From Azolla caroliniana (Eukaryota; Plantae; Polypodiophyta), in the NCBI GenBank assembly GCA_043228905.1, contig JBHGNT010000008.1, positions 13,206,001 through 13,270,000 on the forward strand: a stretch of 64,000 nt of DNA, in the 5' to 3' direction. Of this stretch, positions 50,201-61,717 are shown in pieces (position 1 is the stretch's first letter; every line of letters begins with the position of its first letter). Below the pieces are notes generated by a model, which made no database searches, had not been told where the DNA came from, and was given only the letters and a program-made list of their open reading frames with translations. A program made the position numbers and the translations under genes.

Positions 50201-53200
50201 GGATCAGGTGCTATCCGTCTTCAAGGAGCTCCACGCGAGAGTGGAGAGAGAAACTGGCCGGAAGCTGAAGGTAGTTCAAGCAGATAACGGAGGAGAATAC
50301 CGGGGGTAGTTTGAGGATTACTGCCGGTCGAAGGGAATCCAGCTCGAATTTACCGTACCAAAGACACCGGAATTGAATGGGCTGGACGAAAGGATGAACC
50401 AGACCATAATGGAGAGAGTCCGGAGCATGCTCACACATGCCAAGTTACCCAAGATGTTTTGAGCGGAGGTGGTGATGACGGTGACCTATGTGATAAACAG
50501 ATCACCCTCAGTATCCTTGGGAGGAGACTCACCTCAGAAAGTATGGATCGGTAAAGATGTGTCTTACTGGCATCTGAAGGTGTTCGGGTGTCTCGCATAC
50601 GTGCATGTGGCTAAGGACAAGAGAGCAAAGTTGGATCTGAAATCCAGGCCATGCATATTCCTTGGATACGGCGATGATGAGTTCGGTTACCGAGTGTGGG
50701 ATCTTGTCGACAAGAAGGTGTTTTGGAGTCGAGACAGTCTTCATGGAAGACGGGACCATTGTCGATTGGAAGTGGGAGAAGAAGATCCTTGGGAGTATCC
50801 TTGGGAGGAGACTCACCTCAGAAAGTATGGATCGGTAAAGATGTGTCTTACTGGCATCTGAAGGTGTTCGGGTGTCTCGCGTACGTGCATGTGGCTAAGG
50901 ACAAGAGAGCAAAGTTGGATCCAAAATCCAGGCCATGCATATTCCTTGGATACGACGATGATGAGTTCGGTTACCGAGTGTGGGATCTGGTCGACAAAAA
51001 GGTGTTCTGGAGTCGGGATAGTCTTCATGGAAGATAGGACCATTGTCGATTGGAAGTCGGAGAAGAAGATGATCAACTCCGGATCATCCAATGAAAACCG
51101 GTTTGAGGACACATGGACCTACCCGGTTGAAAACCGGAGGCTGGCCGGTAGTCGGTTGACACTCGACGAACTGGCTGGATATGGACAGGAAACCGAACCG
51201 ACCGAAGAAGAAGAAGAAGAAGAAGAAGACACCGGAACCGGACAAGATCCCGAATCCGATTCGGATGAGGAACAAATGGAGGAACTGGTAGTCAAAAGCC
51301 AAGGACGGAGATATCCTCTCCGAGAGAGAAGAGCCCCCTGGAGATTTCCAGATGCAGAGCATTTGTTGCTAACCGATGAGGGGGAGCCGGAAACCTTTGA
51401 AGAAGCAAAGAGAGACACCCACATCCGCAAGTGGCTGAGTGCCATGTACGATGTGATGGATTCCCTGCATGAGAACCACACATATGAACTGACGGAGTTG
51501 CCGAAAACGAAGAGAGCACTCCGGAACAAGTGGGTATACAAGTGGTTGAAGAAGAGCTTATACGGACTGAAACAAGCTCCCCGGAAATGGTACCAAAAGT
51601 TCGACTCCTTCATGATGGATCAAGGGTACCACAAGACACAAGCCGATCATTGTGACTTTGTGAAGAAATTTGATGGAGGAGATTCCCTGATATTACTCCT
51701 ATACGTGGATGATATGTTGATAGTCGGACCAGACCTAGTCAAAATAAGGATGTTCAAGAAGGCCCTGAACCATACCTTCTCAATGAAAGACTTGGGTCTG
51801 GCAAGACAGATGTTGGGGATGCACATCATCCGGGACCGGTCGAAGAAGCTATTGTGGTTGTCACAGGAAAAGTATGTGACGAAGGTGCTTGAGCGGTTCA
51901 ACGAGTTTGTTCGATGCGAAACCGATCAGATCGACACATCTGGCAAACTGCAAGCTATCCGGAAAGCAAAGCCCGAGAAAAAAAGGCAGAGAAGGTGGAT
52001 ATGATGAAGATACCATATGCCTCTACTATCGAGAGCTTGATGTACGCAATGGTGTGTACCTGGCCAGATATCAAATATGCAGTTGGAGTGGTGCGCCGGT
52101 TCATGAGCAATCCCAGAAGAGAGCATTGGAACGTGGTCAAGTGGATACTCCGGTATTTGAAAGGCACCTCGAGCATGTGCCTCCGATTCGGCTCCGGTAA
52201 ACCCCTACTTGACGGATTCATGGATTCAGACATGTCGGCTGATGCGGATACCAGCCGGTCCACATCCGGTTATGTCATGACTTATGCAAGGGGAGCTATT
52301 TCATGGCAGTTGAGGTTGCAGAAGACGATTGCGTTGTCAACCACGGAAGTAGAGTACATGGCAGCCGTGGAAGCCGGCAAGGAAATAATCTGGATGAAGG
52401 ACTTCATCTGTGAGCTAGGGATCCGACAAGAGGAATATCGGCTCTATTACGATAGTCAAAATGCCATCCACCTTGCAAAGAACGCGGCCTACCATTTCCA
52501 AACGAAGCATATCCAACGGAGTTACCATTGGATCCGGGAAATAGTAGAAGATCAAGAGTTTGTGTTGTCCAAAATCCACACGAAGGAGAACGGGTCGGAC
52601 ATGTTGACCAAAGTGTTGACACCCGACAAGCTGGACGCATGCCGGAGGCGGATCGGGCTGACGAGACATCCCATGCCGGAGTGAAGGGGGAGATTGTTGG
52701 GATTTTGGTCCCTCCGGATGGAATCTTGAGAACCGGATGTAGAAGGCCCGGTGAGAACCGGATGATGAGGACCTGATGAGAACCGGATGTAGAAGATCCG
52801 GTGAGAACTGGATGTAGAAGACCCGGTGAGAAATAGATGTAGAAGACATATTTGTAAATATGTTTTTGGAGGCTATATTGGTAAATAGTCCTGAAGGCAT
52901 ATTAGTATAAATACGACCTAGGGCAAACATTTATTAAAGAGTTGTTGTCATATTGTTGTATAGAGAGCGATAAAGAGAGAGAGTGTGTAAGATACAAAGA
53001 AATACTCTGTTGTAACCGCCGGTTGGCGTAGATACAGAGCTCGAAGTCGTTGCCTCCAAGGCTCTAAGTGTACCTTTCTCATATAGTGATAGTTGGAGTT
53101 TGTGGGCTCCCGTGGTTTTTCCCATACAGAGTTTCCCACGTAAACATCCTATGTATTTCCTTGTGTACTCTCCACTTCCCATTTCTGTGTTTTGTTCCAA

Positions 53201-53255
53201 GTGAAGTGTTCTAGAGTCAGTTGTGGCCGAGCAACATTCCGCGCTATTCCTTTTA
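47223..53255 (+). mobile_element. Rearranged Tork-like Copia array with three LTR copies
   Basis: Partial LTR 47223-47555, RNase H and PPT 47576-48148, LTR 48149-48666, PBS 48670-48681, degenerate gag-pol 48717-52684 and LTR 52695-53255. Confidence 0.9.
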
Positions 53256-54545
53256 AGAATTGGTCCACATACATATATGTCGACCGATGCCTAGAGGGTC
53301 ACAAGGAGGCTCTCGATACTTTCTCACATTCATAGATGATTGTACACAAAAGGCCTGGGCCTACTCGATTATGTCGAAAGACGAAGTACTCGATGTCTTC
53401 ACTCGGTGGATAGTTGAAGTGGAGAACCGATCAAGATAAAGAGTGAAGACACTCTAGTCCGACAATGGAAGGGAATACACCTCTCGAGCCTTCAAACAGT
53501 ACATGTTCGACAAAGGGATCTGACACCAAAAGACCGTTCCTTACACAACCATGTAAAATGGCATGCAAGAACAGATCAACTGGACAATCCAGGAGAGAGT
53601 GACAGCAATGCTTCAACAATCCGGACTAAAGCTGGAATTTTGAGCCGAAGCATTGTAGACGGCTGTCTACCAGATAAATCTATCGCCATCAAAAGCAATC
53701 AAGCTCGAAGTGCCTTAGGCACTATGGTCCGGAAAAGAACTGTCCTGCAACAGGCTTTGTATATTCGAATGCAAAGCCTATGCATTCATCCAAGGGAGAA
53801 ATTGCCTAAATTGGCGCCCATGCAACTAGGTGCATATTCCTTGGTTATGGAACTATTGGGGAATTCGGCTACAAGCTATGGGATGTAGAGAACTAGAAAT
53901 TGATATGGAATAGTGACGTGGCCTTCAATATAAACTCAATTCTCTCTGAACGGAACAAATCGAAAACGGTCCGCAAAAAGGTTTCTTTCGAAATCGATAA
54001 AGATGTCGTAGAAGGACGGACCCACTGAGCTGAATAAAAAACTTTGAAAAATAGTCAAAGAAACCAAGCAAGCGATCTCTCTACCGAATCCAAATCGGGA
54101 AGAGGTCCACTAGTCGAAATAGATTCGAATAAGAGATTGACAATAGGTGAAAGAGAGAGAGTCGAAATGACCAAATCACCCAAACAGGCCAAGGTACCGA
54201 AAGGTTGTAGAGAGCCGACCAAGGCACCATCCAATCAGTCAATCGATTCTGAAGAAGGCAAGAATGCTTCGACATTGCCGAATCCTATTGCAAGGGCAAA
54301 TCATTGAAGAGGAATCCTACAAATGGTTCAAGAAATACCAATCAATCAACAGAGATGATCGAAGAATCCGAACCGAAGACATCAGCACTCAAGATATCTG
54401 GACGAGTTCGAAGGCCAACAGAGTTCTACCAACCGAGCCTTGACCACGTTAATCAAATGGACGTAGGCGAACAAAGCTCTTACGAAGAAGCTTTAGCCAC
54501 GCAGAATGCCAACACATGGCTACATGCCATGAGATCCGAGATGGA
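53256..54545 (+). mobile_element. Older Copia integrase remnant that was the target of the flanking insertions
   Basis: Degenerate ELVHT..C.PMP, SDNGREYTS..F and EQSSYEEAL...WLHAMRSEMD. Confidence 0.8.
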
Positions 54546-56065
54546 TGTTGGGAAAACATGTCTCTCCGGATGGGAAGAAGAGAACGAAAGCAATCGGATG
54601 GAATCAATGGGTAATTCAGCCTAGGCCGAAATTAGAAATCGATAAATCGAATAATTGATTTAATAGCCAATTTAGGAGGCTATATTCGTAATTAGCCCGA
54701 AAAGTGGTATTAGTATAAATACAACTAGGGCAAACTTTATAAAGCAGTTGTGAATCATTTTGTAGTTGAATATAGTTGTATAGTTATTGACGAGGTCGTT
54801 GCCTCTGTAACTGTGTGAGAGAGAGAGTGAGAGTTAATGAATGTCTACTCTGTAACCGTCTGTTTATCAAACAAAGAAGATTTCAAGGTTGTCGCCTTGA
54901 ATCCTCTTATTGTACTTCCTCTCGACATAGTGATTTAGTTTGGAGTTTGTGGACTCCATGTGGTTTTCCCCATTCGGGTTTTCCATGTTAAAAATCATGT
55001 GTCTCTATACTTTCTACTTTCAGTTTTCTGTTTTGTCTGTACACCATCTTTCACGTCCTTTGTACTAGAATATACATACGAGAAACTGGTTGCTGCCGGT
55101 CATGATCCTAACAGGTGGTATCAGAGAGATGGAAGAACAACTCCAACTATTCGGTGTCGAAGTTGAAGATGCAGGATATGCTCGTATGCAAAGACCTGTG
55201 GTTGCCAGTGCAACAAGGCAAAACCAAACCTGACAAAATTGATGCATAGACTTAGGAAGTTTTGCATCTTAAGGCCGCAGCATACATAACGTGTTTTTTA
55301 GACATGAGTCTATACAACCACTTTGATGAAGAGATGAGTGTCGACGTTGTCGAGGTATTCCTCGCGGATGCGTGGAATGAGGCGGGGCCTCGGGGGTCTT
55401 GTACCGAAGAGCAAGAGACAAAGGAGAAGGGAAGGGACCCACTACGTGTGGGCGTAGATTCACAGGGACACGGCTCTTCGACACAAAGACGCGAGTGGGA
55501 CACCGACGCAGAGAGACACGAATGTATGTATATATATATTAACAAGGACAAACAACAAGAAGCACAAAGTCGGTTACAACCAAACAGGCCGGCGAACAGA
55601 TGCTGATGCCTGTTCGTAAATGCTCTGAAAGAAAGGAGTAGGTTGGAGGTGCTGCCGGAAGCACTCGGGCATTCCTCAGAGCAGCGCGAGCCTCCCAAAA
55701 ACCTGCACAGGAAGAAGCTACGGAGTATGGAAGAGAGAGAAGCCTTCGGCCAACAACCCGATAGCACTTCGTCCTCTCTAAATGCGATCCCCTTTCATCC
55801 TCCCCGTCTCCCTCCTTTTATAGGCAAGAAAGGAGCCGTTTCCCATTAACTTCCTACCTACCGAATCTACCTGCCCAGAATCTTCTATGTACCTAATTCT
55901 CTCTTATGTACAACATAAGGCGTACGTGCATGAAGAGCCGGTTCCTATGCTCCGGTGCACCGATTCCGCTTGTGGACGGTTTTCTTCACAACAACCATCC
56001 CCACCTAACCGCGCATCCACCGGCATGCGCCAATTGAGTTGGGACGGAGAAAACCGGTCCAGTCT

Positions 56066-59000
56066 TCATTCCCCGCCTGTCGGTTCTTCCTCGGTTTGGG
56101 ATCGTTTGTCGTCGCGGTTTAGGTTAACCGGATCTGGCTCGTCATCGTGACGTTTCTTGAACGCTTTGATCCGCTTCCCAGCTACCGGTATTGCCATTCT
56201 CGTGCCATCGAGTTCCGCCAGATGGTACGTCCCGTTGTCATTGGCGCTTTGTACCACGTAAGGCCCGAACCACCTTCTTGCGAACTTCCGTGTTGCTTGG
56301 TGCTGGTTGTCGAGGTTGTTGTCGTAGACTAACACCCAGTTGCCTTCCTCGATCTTCTTTGGTCGAAGCCGGTGCGTTCGGTCGAGCCGGGCTTTGTTCC
56401 TCGTCCTTGCCACCCAAAGCTTTCCCGCAGCCTGCTCCACGTCCTCCGGTCTTCGCTCGAGCTGTCGTATGCGCGCCGCCAACAGTTCCTCCCAGCTCAT
56501 CTCGTTTTTCCAGTCCACGGTTGCCCATGAGGAGATCGTACGTTCCATTGGCATGATCGGCTTCTGCCCAAACATGAGCTCTGCCGGCATGAATCCGGTT
56601 ACCGAACTGTGCGTAGTTCGGTCCGCCCGCAACGCGTAAGGCAACAGCCGCGGCCAGTTCCCGACTTGACCTCCGCATGCCCGAACTAACGCCTTGACGA
56701 TCGGTCCGTGTCCGCGCTCCACCTTCCCATTCGCCTCCGGATTGTACGCAGTGGTAAGCGAGAGCTTGACTCCTAGCCGGTGGAACAACTGCTCGGCCTC
56801 TTCGGCGTCCAACTCCCCGCGATCAGCCACGATCTTCCCGACGCACCCGTATCGGCATATCACGTCCTCGATCAGGAACTGACATACGACTGCGGTCGTT
56901 TTGTTCTGAAGGGCTCGGCCTTCCACCTGGTTCGTCAGATCTTCCCGAGCCAGGACCAGATACCGCATCTGTCCTACTCCCATCGACATCGTCACCAGAT
57001 CTACCATCCATTTGAAGTGGATGGTCGGAGGGTACGTAGGGTGAAGCTCGTCCCGATGTCGGACTATGGAGTGCATCTGACAGCTCTCGCAAGTTGTTAC
57101 GAACCGATGCACGTCCCGGTACAGTCCCGGCCACCAATACTTCCCCTTTATCTTCTCGAACGTGGCCCACGTTCCACGGTGTCCAGCCCAAGGGCTGTCG
57201 TGGTAGGCCGTCAGCAACTCCGCCTGTTCTTCCCTCATCGCCACCACCCGGAGCGGGATGTCGTTCCTCTTCTTCGGGTGCTTCCATAAGTATCCGTCCC
57301 GGAGAAAGAATCGGTATGCTTTCTTCCGGATCCGGTTGGCCTCGTCCCTCGTCCATGACGCATCCGGCGTCATTGTCCTCAAAAACCCACCGATCTGTAG
57401 CCACTTGCCGTCGTACTTGCTCTCGTCGAAGCCATTGAGTGCCGGAGTGCTCGCCCCATCGGTCGTCACGTACGCCGCCTCGAAGAAGTCCACGCCGACT
57501 TCTTCGTCCTCCGAAAGCATGCCGCCCTCGTCATCAAACCTCGCCCTCGAAAGCATGTCAACCATGGCATTGTCCTTTCCGGAAATGTGTCCTATTTCCG
57601 GGTCCAGGGACTTGATGTACGCTATCCACCTGAGCATCGCCAGGTCCGGTGTCGCGCATCCGGAGACCATGCCGAGAATTGGCAGGCAATCCGTCTCGAT
57701 AATCACTTCTGTTCCGATCAGGTAGTCTTTGTCGGCCTTTACTATCGAAACGATACCCCAGAGTTCCCGTTTAACCTGGGCGTACCCTCGTTGTCGCTCA
57801 CTGAGGACCTTTGCGCCGAATCGGATCGGGAACCGAATGTCGTCCTAATCTTCTCGGTTGACGACCCATCGGATCCCGGTCGGACTCGTATCCACCGTTA
57901 TGTATACCGGGGTACCCTTCTCGTAGACAGCCTTCCGGAGCGCCGGTGCTGCCGCAAGAGCTTCCTTCAGCTTCCGGACCGACTCCGTGTGCTCGCCTCG
58001 CCACTCGAATTTTCGCCCTTTCTTCAGCAACCCGTATAGCGGCTCTGCAACGTGGGCGTAATGCGGGATCCATATGTGGTAGAATGCGCACGGCCCCAGG
58101 AACCTCCGAACTTCCGTAACCGAGCTACAGTCCGTCTTCATCGTGGAGATGGCTTCTACTTTTGCCGGAGACGGCTTCCGGCCATATGGTCCACATAGGT
58201 GTCCGACCACCAGGATTTTTGATTGCCCGAAGGCCGATTTCTCCCCGGAGAAGGTGAGCCTCACAGCCTCTACCCTTTGTAGCACCTTCTCGCAGTCGTC
58301 GATGTGTGTTGCCACGAATCGCTGGCATCCGTCCGGTCCGAGTGTCTCGTCCTTCTCTTCCACCAGGCACCCCTTGATCGGGACGTCGTCTAGAAATGGC
58401 ATGGTGATATCCGGGATGCAATCCCTCAGTACCTTCTTCATTGCATTCACCATGTGGGTCACCGAGTTGGTCCCTCCTTGTCGCAGGGTACACATTCGCA
58501 CTAGGCTGAGGGGAGTTCGCATCGTCGTAATGTCTCTGCTCTCCACGGCTAGCTGGAACTGGTCGTACCCCGAGTACAGGTCACCGACCGAGTAAATCGA
58601 CCTTCCAGCGAAGGCTTCCGCGAACTCGTCTATGCTCGGTCCGATTCCTGCGTTCTGAATGGTCACTCTGTTGACCGGCTGCAGGTCTTGAATGAAGCGC
58701 AATGTTCCGTTTTTCTTTGGTACGGTAAACCACCGGTTCGAGTATGGGGCACTTGATGGTTCGAGAATGCCCATATCGACTTTCTGCCTCAATAGCTCCA
58801 TCAACTTCGGGATGTGAGCTCTCGGTACCGGAATCGGCTTGAGATTCCATGGTACATGCGGTACCGTGAATATCACCATCGGCTCCACGATTGTCGGGTC
58901 TACGCACCCGATCTCCTCCAGTGAGAATGCGAAGGCTTTCCCGTGCCTTCCGAGCATCCTCCGAAACCGGTCTTCCTCCGCCGGCAGTAGGAGCCCGCCC

Positions 59001-61677
59001 CCACCTATTTTGAGCTCCCGTAGCGTCCCGTCGGTGAAGGTGTGTCCTATGCGGACCGGATCTCGTAAACTGGGGTCCGACGCAACCCCTTTAATCCGGG
59101 ACTCACTGCCCTCCGGTAAGGGTGCCGCGACTGGCCTTACCTTCCGGTCCACAGTCTTGTACTTCGTGCTAACTCGGGCCGTCCGATCCGACCCGAGCCC
59201 CTGGCTGAAGTTCGCGATGACTTCGTACATCTCTTCGGAACATACCGGTATCGTCCGGTCTTCGTTAAGGTCTTCTCCGGCTACCTTCCTCAGCATCCCC
59301 AAGGTGTCGTCGAAGGAGACCGCCTCCACGGCTCCGCTAATTTCCTCATCCGGACCGAGAACTCCGCACGCTCGAAGTCGCTCCTCCGCCCTTGCCTTTT
59401 CTCGGCCAACGATGCCGACTATCATACACCCTCCGTTGTTGGAGAAGCAAAATTTTCTACCTATCGTACAAGGTTTCTTCGGTTTCGGTCCTATCGTACA
59501 GCTGTGGGGTCTTTCCCGAGTGTCCGGACTGTCTCGGCCCCACGCCTTGGCAGCCCTCTCTAAAAATCCTCCCGGTTCTCGCCACCGAGGGATTCGCGGT
59601 TTTGCTCGTGGTTCGGTCGCACCGTCAGAAATTGGACCAAATGGCGCCCGTCCTGGCTTTTGACCCTCGCGTAGGCCGAACCGTTGTCTAGCACCTTGGT
59701 CTCCATCCGCGCCGCCGTGATGTATGGTTCCCCTAATATGACCGGGTGTGAGGACATCTCCTGTACGAAGAAGTGCTGGTCAATCTCGACGTCGCCGATC
59801 TTGACTCGCACGTTCGGGCAGGCCCCGTGCAGTTCCTCGGTGGCGTGCGTATCTTCCACCCGTGCTTGGTGTTGATCGGCCACTTTCCCTTCTTATAGAA
59901 GTCCATGGACATCAGGTTTATTTCCAAACCGTGGTCCACCAGTGCCACCACCGGTTCCTGAACACCTCCGATCTTTACCGGGGTCTTCGTGGTCGCTCGG
60001 GCCCAGTGTGGCCTCGAATAGTGGCTCTCCACCCACTCATCTTCCAGCGCCAAGTCGTCGATGTGCGTCGTCCGCACCTCCACCGGTCTTTCCGGTTCCG
60101 TCTCCGTCGACAGCCTCTTCCGCTTCACCAAGTCCACAATGGAGTCGTGGAACTCCTTCTTAGCGATCCCTAGCACCTCTCGTAATGACAACTCCACTTT
60201 GCTGTCGAGGATCCGTTCTTCTAGGACCTTTCGTAGGTCCGTGGTCCTTTCTATTTCCGTCCCCAGTCGGTATCCGCCCTTCCTGGGGTTATCTTGTGCG
60301 CTGGACCCACCGGCTTCGTTCGGTCGTTGCCCGAATCGGGTCTCGTATCGTTGTGAGGGCCCGGCCGCTCCGGTTTTCCCCACTTGTTTGTCTTCTACCA
60401 GAGCCTCGTAGTTCCGATAGGCGGCTTCTACGAAGCCCGTCTTCTCCTCGACCGGGTCGCTCCACCCGGTTATTTCCCGGACTCCTCTCTCAGCGCGGTC
60501 CGCTTCATCTTTCCTCAGCCGTGCGCCGGCGAGGCCTTCCAGCATTGCCAACCAGAATCCATCTTTGCTCTCCTTTTGGGCCTCGCTGCCCCCGACCCGA
60601 ATACCGGCCGACGCCGAGTACTGGATGGCCTCCACGTGTCAGGCCGCTGCCTCTTCCATCAGTCTCTTTATACCTCCTCGCCCGTCGTTCCGGTTTAGGG
60701 CCCTTTCTAGTATCGCCGGCGTGCACCCGGCCTTCCCATAGGTACACCACCCGGTTCCTCAACGCCTCTGCGAAATCGCCGCAGTCCTTCCGAATGTGGC
60801 CGACCTCGTCGCACCACATGCACCTGTTCCCTGCTGCTGGCCGTCGGTCACGAGCCGATTCGCCACCTTCCCTTCGAGTCTATGCGATCTGGAGATCCTT
60901 TATCGCCCGCGTCAACTCCTCTAGCGCTGCTCCTCCGGACGAGTCATTGACCTTGCCGGTCGGAGCTGAACCGGTTTCGAGCCACTCCTGGGTCTCTGCC
61001 CTTCGCCCTTGCGGTGCCGGTTCAAGCCTCCTTGCTGTGACAGAGCCCGCACCGGCCGCCCCGTTGTCAGCCCATTCTCGCCGTTTGTCGAAACGGCCAC
61101 AGACTCTCTTAACCACAGCCCAATCGGTCGTCAGCCCTTCTTCGGTTTCTAGCAAGGAGCCGACTTGATCCTGGTCCCGCTCGTCCACCGACTTGATGAA
61201 TAGTAGGACCCGGCTCGTATCCAGAACGGTTCGGTCAAGCGCCGAAAGGCGTGCAAAGCGTTCCTCAAACTCCCGGAGGAGTGCCAACGCGTTTCTTCCC
61301 TTGTCGGGGGACTCCACCCATTCCATGAAGTCCCGTTTCGAAAGCCGGAGCGCGTCGTCCAGCCCGTATTTTTCTAGGAGTCGGCCTTCGAACTCCTCCC
61401 AGGTACGGCTCTCCGCCCGTACCTCGAGCACCTCTGCATGGATGCTCGGCATCGCCACTCGAGGGAACCCGGCAAGACGCCTCTCTTCCGGAATGTCCCG
61501 CATCAGCATTTCTGCCCCGTAGGACGCCAAATACTTCGTGGCATCCTTTCCGCTGAACCGGCCGATCGTACCGACGACCACCTCAATGGCTTTGTCGAGG
61601 GCGCCGGTGCCCTCGCGTGCGCTCAATATCCGATCCATGGCTGAAGCCATGGCCTCCGCAAGATCCGACCCCTTCAT
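56066..61677 (-). pseudogene. Ty3/Gypsy gag-PR and pol with a few stops and frameshifts
   Basis: Motifs CMWCDEVGHIRKDC, ALVDHGLEINLM, LRFIQDLQPVN, GDLYSGYDQ, PFLDD, IETDCLP, YNPEANGKVER and RRWFGPYVV. Confidence 0.92.
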
Positions 61678-61699
61678 CTTCTGCTCTTCTGCCGCCTCC

Positions 61700-61717
61700 T
61701 TCACATCGGGTTCACCA
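61700..61717 (-). promoter_or_regulatory. Primer-binding site complementary to tRNA-Trp
   Basis: TGGTGAACCCGATGTGAA, 3 nt from the LTR, matches 17/18 to the complement of the plant tRNA-Trp 3' end as recalled (TTCACGTCGGGTTCACCA). Confidence 0.8.

Noticed and set aside
57258-61168. Long plus-strand ORFs (e.g. 274 aa and 327 aa) opposite the Gypsy
   Set aside because: Shadow ORFs of GC-rich coding sequence with no recognisable motifs.
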